Positions 16,528-24,080 of a stretch of 32,000 bases of DNA are shown in pieces; within the stretch, counting starts at the first letter, position 1; each line of letters starts with the position of its first letter. Position numbers and translations under genes: made by a program. The DNA lies in the NCBI GenBank assembly GCA_963718045.1, contig OY970350.1:480001-512000 (forward strand), given 5' to 3'. This DNA is from Candidatus Saccharimonadota bacterium (GTDB lineage: Bacteria > Patescibacteriota > Saccharimonadia > Saccharimonadales > UBA4665). The notes under the pieces are model-generated. The model was not told the origin of the DNA and searched no databases. It saw only the letters and a program-made list of their open reading frames with translations.

Positions 16528-16767
16528 TTATTTATTTTTAGTTGCCTTTTTTACCTCATTTAATAATGGCTTGAAGTGGCTAAACATTGCTTCAGCCCGC
16601 TTCTCGAAACTTTCAGCCTTGGTTATTAATATATCTTTTCCGTCGCCTCTGGTAAAGACAAGCACCTTATCGCCTGGTCCGATTAGCAGCTGCGTTCTGA
16701 CGTCAGCGGGGATTACTATCTGTCCGCGTTCACCTACGGTAACAGAACCGGCAAATTTTGGGAACAT
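16528..16767 (-). CDS. AbrB/MazE/SpoVT-family DNA-binding protein (79 aa), first gene of the ABC exporter operon
   Basis: VTVGERGQIVIPADVRTQLLIGPGDKVLVF is a canonical SpoVT-AbrB motif. A GAGGAA SD precedes the ATG. It lies 24 nt upstream of the first exporter gene. Confidence 0.8.
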   Translation of the reverse strand: MFPKFAGSVTVGERGQIVIPADVRTQLLIGPGDKVLVFTRGDGKDILITKAESFEKRAEAMFSHFKPLLNEVKKATKNK

Positions 16768-16932
16768 CTATTAATTCCTCATGTAAATCATATTTATCAT
16801 ATTACATTAACTGCTGAATATAAAGGTTTCAGATAGGATGATCAAGTTGATTGGTTGAATATTCCTACAGCAAAGGGCTATAAAGATGTGCTTTAATTAG
16901 CATGTTTATAGTAAATAACGATAGGAGAAGCC

Positions 16933-17214
16933 ATGTGGGATAAAGATAAAATGGGCGAAATGGATGAAGAGAAAAAAGCAAAGTGGGTTACGAAAATCTC
17001 AGATCTCGGTGTTCCTAAGGACAAGATTGACGAGCATTTAATATGGGCCATGAAAAAAGCGTCGCATAAGATCAGCAAGCTACGTTTAATGCTTGACGAA
17101 AAAGGTGTTGATGAATCAAAAGCCAAAGAAATCGTTAATAAATTGGTTGGCCATGCTCTTGATAGGGATTTGGCTAAAATCAAAGAGTGGCACGAAAAAT
17201 ACCAAGAGAAATAA
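16933..17214 (+). CDS. Hypothetical small helical K/E-rich protein (93 aa)
   Basis: AGGAG SD lies 6 nt before the ATG. It ends 36 nt upstream of the isochorismatase-family gene. No domain recognised. Confidence 0.6.
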   Translation: MWDKDKMGEMDEEKKAKWVTKISDLGVPKDKIDEHLIWAMKKASHKISKLRLMLDEKGVDESKAKEIVNKLVGHALDRDLAKIKEWHEKYQEK

Positions 17215-17250
17215 GCTTAGCTTAAGTTAAAATTAATTTAAGGAGAATAT

Positions 17251-17829
17251 ATGGAAGATAATCAACTTAAGTTAGATAAGGTGAGTACTGCGCTGGTAAT
17301 TATTGACCTGCAGCATGGTATTGCAGGTAGTCAAACTGCCCCGCACTCAGGTCCTGAGGTGATAGCCAATGCGGTAAAGCTGGCTGACCACTTTCGTCAG
17401 CAAGGTTCTTTAGTAGTACTTGTAAGGGTCAGTAGTTTTGACGGCAAAGACCGTCTAGAGCTGCGAACTGACGCCTCTTCAATGAGATCGGCCTCTATGC
17501 CAGAAGGATTTGACGTTATCGTTGAAGAGCTTGGACCGAAAAAGGGTGATCTTGTAATCACTAAACATCAATGGGGTGCATTCTACGGTACTGAACTTGA
17601 CTTGCAGTTACGCAGGCGCGGCATTAAGACAATCGTCATAGGCGGCATATCGACTAATATGGGCGTAGAATCGACCGCCCGCGATGCTTATGAGAGAAAT
17701 TATGCCTTAGTATTTGCCGAAGACGCCATGGCCGCTAGGTCAAGTGAGTCGCACGCTTTCGCAATTACTAGCATCTTTCCGCTTATTGGCCGGGTTAGGT
17801 CGACTGAACAGGTTCTAAAAGCTTTTTAG
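17251..17829 (+). CDS. Isochorismatase-family (cysteine-hydrolase fold) protein, YecD-like subgroup
   Basis: ALVIIDLQHGI; ITKHQWGAFYGTELDLQLRRRGIKTIVIGGISTNMGVESTARDAYERNYALVFAEDA aligns closely with E. coli YecD as I recall it. AAGGAG SD present. Confidence 0.85.
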   Translation: MEDNQLKLDKVSTALVIIDLQHGIAGSQTAPHSGPEVIANAVKLADHFRQQGSLVVLVRVSSFDGKDRLELRTDASSMRSASMPEGFDVIVEELGPKKGDLVITKHQWGAFYGTELDLQLRRRGIKTIVIGGISTNMGVESTARDAYERNYALVFAEDAMAARSSESHAFAITSIFPLIGRVRSTEQVLKAF

Positions 17830-17842
17830 AGACATTAATGTT

Positions 17843-18502
17843 TTAAGACTGGATGGTGTTAGCTGTAGACAGCGTAAGTTGTGTAATGGCTATTAAAGCT
17901 AAACTCATAACGACTAGAAATAGGGCCTGGGACGTGGGCGTAAAACGGTTAGTAATTATGCTGAATAGCAGGAATAGTCCGGCTAGAATCCAGGCATAAT
18001 AAGTATACTGGGCAAACTTGGCAGCACCGCCGGTTAGTTTTCGAACACGAATAAGACGATGACAGATGATGAGACCAAAGAACACTGATAGATAGGCCGC
18101 TAGGCTGGCTAGATCATGAAAAGTAAATATCTGGCTGGGATCAATGCCGCAAGCAGATATGCTGGATGAGCATTTATCGGCAATCGGTACGGTTGCATCC
18201 AGTAAGGTAGCAAGACCAAAGATATTAAAAACAATTAAGATATTTTTTGAAGCTCTTTTACTTAGCCACATTAACCAGCCTACGCCAATAACGAGTAAGG
18301 AAGTTATTACATCCACTAAGATAAATAACCAGCTGTATGGCCGGCCATATGCCTCTAGAACACTAAAATATGTATTATGTAGTGCCTGAGGATCTAATAG
18401 ATAGCCAAAAACCCAAAAGTTATATAGCAGGCCAGCTGAAATAGCCAAGCCCATTGTCAGCTTTCTATATTTATTGTCAGGGTTGTTTGGTTTTACATCC
18501 AT
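17843..18502 (-). CDS. Integral membrane protein, DUF998-like (6 TM)
   Basis: The N-terminal block AISAGLLYNFWVFGYLLDP...SVLEAYGRPYSWLFILVDVITSLLV resembles DUF998 proteins common in Actinobacteria. The family call rests on recollection only. Confidence 0.6.
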   Translation of the reverse strand: MDVKPNNPDNKYRKLTMGLAISAGLLYNFWVFGYLLDPQALHNTYFSVLEAYGRPYSWLFILVDVITSLLVIGVGWLMWLSKRASKNILIVFNIFGLATLLDATVPIADKCSSSISACGIDPSQIFTFHDLASLAAYLSVFFGLIICHRLIRVRKLTGGAAKFAQYTYYAWILAGLFLLFSIITNRFTPTSQALFLVVMSLALIAITQLTLSTANTIQS

Positions 18503-18562
18503 GGTGCTTAAAGTTTAATTTATTTTGTTTTTAATCGCTAGTACGACTAATTGCTTATCTTG

Positions 18563-18568
18563 TATAAT
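18563..18568 (+). promoter_or_regulatory. Consensus -10 hexamer TATAAT, 7 nt upstream of ATG 18576 (leaderless-type)
   Basis: TATAAT-ttgaatg-ATG. The track start at 18573 is only 4 nt from the hexamer. Confidence 0.45.
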
Positions 18569-18575
18569 TTGAATG

Positions 18576-19172
18576 ATGGCCCAAAAGAAAACACCAAGCT
18601 TTGTTAAAGTTCTACCGTATATATTAATTGCTGCCGGTATTATTGGTATAGTTTGTTCCCTGATCCTAGTCCATGATCAGATAGAGATATGGCATAATCC
18701 CTCTTACCATCCAGCTTGCGGCCTCAACCCCGTGATAAGCTGCGGCAACGTAATTAACTCTAACCAAGGGCATATACTTGGTTTTCCGTCACCCTTCTTT
18801 GGTCTTTTATTCTTCCCTGTTCTGTTAACGGTCGGTGTAAGCATATTAGCCGGCGCCCGGTTTAAGAGATGGTATTGGCAGAGTTTAGAAATTGCCGGCA
18901 TAGGTGGTGTTATATTTGCTCTATGGCTGTTTTTCTTAAGTGTCTATAAGGTTCATGCACTATGTCCTTACTGCCTTGGTGTCGATGTTACTGTCTACAT
19001 AACTGTCTGGTATTTAACGCTATATAACCTTGAAAAAAGGCATATTAAGCTGCCCCTAAAACTGTCTGAATTATTAAGACGTTATCACTTAGATATAATA
19101 GTTTTTTGGTTTGTGATACTTATTGTTTTTACACTACATCACTTTTGGTATTACTACGGCAAACATCTTTAG
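18576..19172 (+). CDS. Vitamin K epoxide reductase (VKOR) family protein, stand-alone (no fused thioredoxin domain)
   Basis: Loop cysteine pair CGLNPVISC, active-site CPYC in a TM helix (HALCPYCLGVDV), and 4-5 TM segments. Confidence 0.85.
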   Translation: MAQKKTPSFVKVLPYILIAAGIIGIVCSLILVHDQIEIWHNPSYHPACGLNPVISCGNVINSNQGHILGFPSPFFGLLFFPVLLTVGVSILAGARFKRWYWQSLEIAGIGGVIFALWLFFLSVYKVHALCPYCLGVDVTVYITVWYLTLYNLEKRHIKLPLKLSELLRRYHLDIIVFWFVILIVFTLHHFWYYYGKHL

Positions 19173-19197
19173 GTTTTGGAATAGTCTTTAGTTCTAG

Positions 19198-21696
19198 TTA
19201 CAGGTTCTTGCCTAGCGGTGTCTTATAGAACCAGACTTTTACCGTATCCATCACTACAAAGTAAATTAGGGTTAGAAATACTATTGGCACAAAGAGACCT
19301 ATTGAGAAATTACTAAAGCCTATGATTCTCTTAGTGAACGGAATATATACCAAAGCGATAGAAATAACCATTATGGCAGCAAAAGATGTCTTCATAGCTT
19401 TAGATAGTTTTGGAGCTCGCCAGAAGTGATCTTTATTCCTAATGGAAAAGATAACTATTAGGGCTATAAAGGTTAGAAATAGATAAAGCCCGGTTGAGGC
19501 CACACTAGCTGAATGGGACTTTATTATCGAGAAGTACATGATCTCAAATAATGCCGTCAAGGTGCCTAGAAAAATGGAGATAAACATAAGAGAGTGAACG
19601 TTAAATTTACTTGGCCGGCTAAGGTCATTTTTGTCGACGTTATCCGTAGCAATAGTTACACAGGGCAGATCAGTCAGCAGCGAAGTCAGAAGTACTTGGA
19701 CGGGCAGTATTGGCAAACTGTTAACCTGCAGCAAATAAAGGGCCGACAAGGCAAAGAAATTACCCCAGTTGCTAACAAAGGTAAACCTAATGTATTTATT
19801 AATGTTAGCGAATATTTCTCGGCCGTATTTAATGCCGTTTATAACTACGCCGATGTCATTTCTTAGTAGTAAAATGTCGGCACTTTCCTGGGCAACATCG
19901 GTAGCGTTATTAACCGCTATAGCAACATCAGCCAGCTTGAGGGCTGGTGCATCGTTAATACCGTCACCTTGGTAGCCAACAACATTACCGTGCAGTTTAA
20001 GTAGCTTGATGATGCGGTACTTTTGTTCCGGGTTTAGTCTTGCAAAAGCATTATGGCTTTTAAGTGCCTCGATTAGTTGGCCATCATTCATAGCCTCAAC
20101 TTCATCACCCGTAAAGACAGTCTCGTTTGCTTTAATCAGTCCGACTTCCCGGGCAACGTATTCGGTTACTTCGCGGCTGTCGCCAGAAAGTATCTTAATC
20201 TCAACGCCAAGCTTCTCAGCTAGTTTTATGGTCTGTTTAGCCGTTGGCCTTAAAGGATCTTCCATCGAACAAAAACCTACAAATATCAGATTCTCCTCGT
20301 TTTTTAAAATGTCAAAACTGTCTGATTTATAGTCCACTTCTTTATAGGCAATAGCTAAGTGTCTAAGACCGACTTTACCGTCCTCCTTAATAACGTCCAG
20401 GTACTTTTTAGTTTTATCGTGATTAGTTAAATGTAGCAGTGTTTCAGCTGAACCGACTTCAATTAAATATGTCTTATCGCCATTTCCGGCAACTACCCGG
20501 CGTCTCCTGGCAGCCGGGTCAAAAGGCAGTTCTTTAAGTCTTTTAAACTCCCCCGCCTTCTTTTGGAGATCTTCTGGAATGTATTCTAAGAAGGCTTTAT
20601 CAAAAGAGCTTTGAAGTTTAATGTGCTTTTTATCCAGGTCTTCGAGTGATGCTATGGCTAGCAACTGAAAAAGTTCATCATCACTAGTTGTAAGCTGTTT
20701 GATGGTTAGTTTGTTTTCCGTTAAAGTACCTGTTTTATCACTGCAGAGGACATTAATATCACCCAGGTCCTCAACGGCCGTTAGTGTCTTAGTTATAACG
20801 TGTCTTTTGGCAAGATCCAGGGCTCCTCTAGATAGGGTAACAGTTGTAATAACCGGCATGGCTTCAGGTACGACAGCAATCGATAGGGCAATAATAAATA
20901 GAGCTAGGGTACTAATATCTGTATGGCCGTTACTTATTATTAGCTTTAAGATAAAGACGCCTAGAAGCGTCAGGAAGGTAACTTTAACCAAGAAAGAACT
21001 GAAGGCACCAAGAGATTTCTCAAACTGGGTAACTCTTTTTGTTTCGCTAGACAAGTGGGCAATCTTGCCAAGTTCTGTATTTAAGGCGGTGGCATAAACA
21101 ACACCCTTGGCTTCACCTTCTTCGATGGTACTGCCGGCAAAAACAATAGACTGATTTCCAGTAGCCGCTTTAGTTACCGGCACTGATTCACCGGTTAGCT
21201 GAGACTCATTGACAGACAAATCATCGGCACTGAATAGTCTGACGTCAGCCGGGACAACGTCTCCTTCTTTTAAAAGAACGACGTCACCAGAAACCAATTG
21301 GCTTTCCGGGATTAGCTCTTCGCTTCCGTCTCTAATTACTAGAATCTCTTTGCCGACTAGTTTCTCTAGTTTCTCAACCGCCTTTTCCGATCTGTACTCC
21401 TGGTAGAAACCAAGTCCGGTATTTAAGACTAGGATTACGGCAATGACTACTCCGTCATTAAAGTCATGAACGGCAAAAGATATTATGGTAGCCGCTACAA
21501 GAAGATAGACTAACGAATTCTTAAACTGTTTGATTAAGATTCTAAGAGCTTTATGCTTAACTTCATTTTTAATGACATTTGGGCCATATGTAGTTAGACG
21601 GTTTTTAGCTTCCTGTTCGGACAGGCCTGATTCTGAGGTTTTTAGCTCTTCATATACTTGGTCTAAACTTAGGCTTTTCGCTTTTTCTTTATCCAT
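19198..21696 (-). CDS. Cation-transporting P-type ATPase, P3-like (between the H+-ATPase and MgtA types); ion specificity not assignable
   Basis: TGES, CSDKTGTLT, TGD, GDGINDAPALK. The M4 motif VPEAMPVITTVTLS resembles P3A IPIAMPTVLSVT and MgtA PEMLP. The M6 motif LLTDLPCVTIATDNVD is MgtA/P3-like. Confidence 0.9.
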   Translation of the reverse strand: MDKEKAKSLSLDQVYEELKTSESGLSEQEAKNRLTTYGPNVIKNEVKHKALRILIKQFKNSLVYLLVAATIISFAVHDFNDGVVIAVILVLNTGLGFYQEYRSEKAVEKLEKLVGKEILVIRDGSEELIPESQLVSGDVVLLKEGDVVPADVRLFSADDLSVNESQLTGESVPVTKAATGNQSIVFAGSTIEEGEAKGVVYATALNTELGKIAHLSSETKRVTQFEKSLGAFSSFLVKVTFLTLLGVFILKLIISNGHTDISTLALFIIALSIAVVPEAMPVITTVTLSRGALDLAKRHVITKTLTAVEDLGDINVLCSDKTGTLTENKLTIKQLTTSDDELFQLLAIASLEDLDKKHIKLQSSFDKAFLEYIPEDLQKKAGEFKRLKELPFDPAARRRRVVAGNGDKTYLIEVGSAETLLHLTNHDKTKKYLDVIKEDGKVGLRHLAIAYKEVDYKSDSFDILKNEENLIFVGFCSMEDPLRPTAKQTIKLAEKLGVEIKILSGDSREVTEYVAREVGLIKANETVFTGDEVEAMNDGQLIEALKSHNAFARLNPEQKYRIIKLLKLHGNVVGYQGDGINDAPALKLADVAIAVNNATDVAQESADILLLRNDIGVVINGIKYGREIFANINKYIRFTFVSNWGNFFALSALYLLQVNSLPILPVQVLLTSLLTDLPCVTIATDNVDKNDLSRPSKFNVHSLMFISIFLGTLTALFEIMYFSIIKSHSASVASTGLYLFLTFIALIVIFSIRNKDHFWRAPKLSKAMKTSFAAIMVISIALVYIPFTKRIIGFSNFSIGLFVPIVFLTLIYFVVMDTVKVWFYKTPLGKNL

Positions 21697-21783
21697 AGCT
21701 TTTATCTAGATAATAGCAGTTATGTTTATTAGTCTCTAGTCAAATCTGCCGATCAACTGATGCAACTGTCAATTAGTCTTAGG

Positions 21784-21812
21784 TTGACAATTAAGAAATG
21801 TTGTCTAATAAT
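21784..21812 (+). promoter_or_regulatory. Near-consensus sigma-70-type promoter: TTGACA - 17 nt - AATAAT
   Basis: -35 TTGACA at 21784-21789 and -10 AATAAT at 21807-21812 (5/6 match). An AAGGAT SD at 21828-21833 and the ATG at 21841 follow. Confidence 0.5.
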
Positions 21813-21840
21813 GAAATTGTAATAAATAAGGATAAAAAGA

Positions 21841-21972
21841 ATGAATTGGACTCACTTACTAGGATGGGGCTCGCCAATAGGATTGGGTGCGTTTTTTATA
21901 GGTCTTGGTGCTTTGCTTAAAGGCTTAATGCACGGCAAGATGTACGGTAAGCACGGCTGGCACGAAAAATAA
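21841..21972 (+). CDS. Small single-TM peptide (43 aa): MNWTHLLGWGSPIGLGAFFIGLGALLKGLMHGKMYGKHGWHEK
   Basis: Below the track cutoff; found by hand. It has its own promoter and SD, one G/L/A-rich TM helix and a His/Lys-rich tail. It is divergent from the P-type ATPase. Confidence 0.45.
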   Translation: MNWTHLLGWGSPIGLGAFFIGLGALLKGLMHGKMYGKHGWHEK

Positions 21973-21974
21973 AT

Positions 21975-22577
21975 CTATTGATTGTATTGATTAGGCTGCT
22001 CAGTTTGGACATGGTCTGGCTGAGCGTCTAAATTTGGTTGCCCAGTTTCGGTATGATCTGGCTGCTGAGTCTCGACTGGATTGGGCTGAGCAGTATCAAC
22101 TGGATTAGGCTCCGCAGTATCGGCCGGACTAGGCTGCTGAGTTTGGACTTTATCAGGTTGAGCATCTAAAGAAGTGCTTTCTTCTTGGGTTGGTGGCATA
22201 AGGATACTATCAACTAACTGATCTAATTGGTCGTTACTAAGATTAGCTTTAACGGCATAACCGGAAATACCCATGCCTCTTATCCCGGTAGGAGCATCTG
22301 CTTCATTTAAATTGGAGATAATGACCACTGGGACATCTTTGCCCCAATCGTTCTTACGCATCGTCTCCAGTATCTGATCGCCGGCTATTTTAGGAACCAT
22401 AAGATCAAGTAAAACTAAGTTGGGTTGTTCATTCTGGATTAAATTAAGAGCCGTTATACCATCATTAGCAACGAGCACTTCGTAACCAAGTACCTCTAGT
22501 CTGGTTTTATATATCTCAGCTAGGTTTGTGCTGTCTTCTACGATAATTATTTTTTGTGATTTTCCAAATTGTTCCAT
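21975..22577 (-). CDS. Response-regulator receiver (REC) domain protein with a C-terminal octapeptide-repeat tail and no recognisable output domain
   Basis: REC residues are present: VEDS acidic pocket, phospho-acceptor LLDLMVP (D58), ISNL, AVKA (K110). The tail spans residues 139-200. Confidence 0.85.
   Translation of the reverse strand: MEQFGKSQKIIIVEDSTNLAEIYKTRLEVLGYEVLVANDGITALNLIQNEQPNLVLLDLMVPKIAGDQILETMRKNDWGKDVPVVIISNLNEADAPTGIRGMGISGYAVKANLSNDQLDQLVDSILMPPTQEESTSLDAQPDKVQTQQPSPADTAEPNPVDTAQPNPVETQQPDHTETGQPNLDAQPDHVQTEQPNQYNQ
21978..22163 (-). repeat. About 8 tandem degenerate 24-nt (octapeptide) repeats encoding [AQEG][QE]P[DNS]x[VAT][QDE]T
   Basis: AQPDKVQT / QQPSPADT / AEPNPVDT / AQPNPVET / QQPDHTET / GQPNLD / AQPDHVQT / EQPNQYNQ. 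The periodicity is also visible in the DNA (ggctgctgagtttggac...). Confidence 0.8.
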
Positions 22578-22646
22578 AACTATTTGATTGTAGCATAAGA
22601 ATTATATAAATGTGAAAAAGCTCATGGCTGCATTTGGGCGTTGTTC

Positions 22647-22652
22647 TAGAAT
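22647..22652 (+). promoter_or_regulatory. -10-like hexamer TAGAAT, 8 nt upstream of ATG 22661
   Basis: TAGAAT-taatttca-ATG; no SD. Confidence 0.35.
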
Positions 22653-22660
22653 TAATTTCA

Positions 22661-23074
22661 ATGAATAAAGGTCCTGAATTCAATCAGTTACAACTTTGGG
22701 TAAATGCAAGGATGTATACGGTCTGGTCAGATGGAAGTGTTGCCTCCAGGGAAGAAGCTGCCTCAGAACCAACTATTGATACGGCTAAGGATATTGCCAA
22801 TGGGCAAAATTGGCGTCTTCCAGTCATAGCCTGGCTTAATTTCTTCCCGGTGAATATATTTGACGATAAGGAGCCCAGCAGCCTAGGCGAGAGTTTAATT
22901 GCCGTAGAATTAGATGAAGATGACGGCTATACACTTGAACCAGCTTCTGGTGTTGTCGAAAAAAATGACGTTAGTAAATACACTGCCTGGTGGCTAGGCC
23001 GTCTGGCTGAAGGTGATGAGCATCTTGTGCCCGATAAATATGAGGAACTACTGTCAATAACTGAGAATTACTAA
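22661..23074 (+). CDS. Hypothetical acidic protein (137 aa from ATG 22661; the track lists TTG 22634)
   Basis: ORF MNKGPEFNQLQLWVNARMYTVWSDGS... No TM segment, no recognisable domain. Confidence 0.55.
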   Translation: MNKGPEFNQLQLWVNARMYTVWSDGSVASREEAASEPTIDTAKDIANGQNWRLPVIAWLNFFPVNIFDDKEPSSLGESLIAVELDEDDGYTLEPASGVVEKNDVSKYTAWWLGRLAEGDEHLVPDKYEELLSITENY

Positions 23075-23166
23075 CGTTATTTATGCTGTTGATGTTTACT
23101 GTCTTTATAAACTAAGATGTCCTTGTCTACGTTGCCAGCCAATCATGTATCCCCCACTCTTTGGGT

Positions 23167-23418
23167 CTAACTAACTCTTTTGCTTGTACTGTCCCCCTTG
23201 GCTCTTCTTAGTCTTTTAAGCCTAGTGACACTCATACTTTGTATGGAACACATTAAAGATCGTCTGCGGCCAAGACTTATGTCCGAAGGTTCTGAAAGAC
23301 TGTCTTCATGGAACAGATACCAACCGCCTTTTATTACTTGCTCATTTACGGAGTTCGGCGGGTAGTAAGGAGGCACTTCATATATATCTCTGGTATTGTC
23401 GTCGTAATATCTCTGCAT
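23167..23418 (-). CDS. Hypothetical protein (83 aa); the C-terminal third is very basic and may reflect a frameshift
   Basis: MQRYYDDNTRDIYEVPPYYPPNSVNEQVIKGGWYLFHEDSLSEPS... then GRRRSL...RLKRLRRAKGD. It starts 17 nt after the stop of the upstream 52-aa ORF. Confidence 0.4.
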   Translation of the reverse strand: MQRYYDDNTRDIYEVPPYYPPNSVNEQVIKGGWYLFHEDSLSEPSDISLGRRRSLMCSIQSMSVTRLKRLRRAKGDSTSKRVS

Positions 23419-23434
23419 CTTCTCTTTTAATTAA

Positions 23435-23593
23435 TTAGGCACGGATTAGGGGGTAACTTCGGTTTTTAAGCTTTCGCCATAACCTATTAGCTCGGGCCTG
23501 ACTAATCCGGCTCTGTAAACGATACTCGTGCATTCTGACAAAATCCTTAAGATATTCGTCACTGAATGTGGGCCTATCTATAATCTCTGGCAT
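23435..23593 (-). CDS. Small hypothetical protein (52 aa): MPEIIDRPTFSDEYLKDFVRMHEYRLQSRISQARANRLWRKLKNRSYPLIRA
   Basis: Below the track cutoff; found by hand. A strong SD, GGGAGG, lies 7 nt before the ATG. Confidence 0.55.
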   Translation of the reverse strand: MPEIIDRPTFSDEYLKDFVRMHEYRLQSRISQARANRLWRKLKNRSYPLIRA

Positions 23594-23621
23594 AAGTTAC
23601 CTCCCTACTTGCCTAAGTAGC

Positions 23622-23675
23622 TTATGGGACGGCATCGAATCTTAAATTTAATACTATGCATTCGGCGTCCCATAA
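23622..23675 (-). promoter_or_regulatory. Interrupted 15-bp hairpin / inverted repeat just upstream of the SD of the 52-aa ORF
   Basis: TTATGGGACG (23622-23631) pairs with CGTCCCATAA (23666-23675). An inner CGAAT/ATTCG pair (23636-23640 / 23660-23664) follows, with a 19-nt AT-rich loop. Confidence 0.45.
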
Positions 23676-24080
23676 CTACATGACTACATCTTAAGCGTTT
23701 AATGAGTGACGATCAGTATGCTTATTCATATTTAAAAAGTAAGATTACCCAGGATCTAATTTGTAAAAATAATTACTAGCAGTAAATGGTCCATGGCTCA
23801 ACTTGCTAACGTCTGATAATATAGTGTAATGAACAATGAAAAGAGGGGGAAATACATATACACTTAGCGAAACATTAATTATGCTTGTAACTAATCTTAC
23901 GGACTTAACCGTCCGTCAAGATCATAGTTAAGTAATGCTAATTAAGATGTAATGGGGTAGGCATGAAGAAGCAGGCTCTGCTTTACAATTATTTAGTATC
24001 TGCAGTACAGTGCGCCACGTCAGCCTTTTTGGAATCCACCTCTAAAAGTAAAAAATTATTCCGAGGATTGAGGAAATACA

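Noticed and set aside
19594-21406. Five plus-strand track ORFs antisense to the P-type ATPase gene
   Set aside because: The sense frame carries all P-type ATPase motifs. The antisense products are Ser/Leu-rich junk without start signals.
21697-21840. An M-box (Mg2+) riboswitch in the ATPase leader
   Set aside because: Only about 144 nt are available, and I saw none of the conserved M-box core segments. There is also no terminator or antiterminator hairpin.
23180-23365. 61-aa plus-strand track ORF antisense to the 83-aa ORF
   Set aside because: No SD. It is a hydrophobic, Leu/Ser-rich mirror frame, and I kept the minus-strand ORF as the less bad option.
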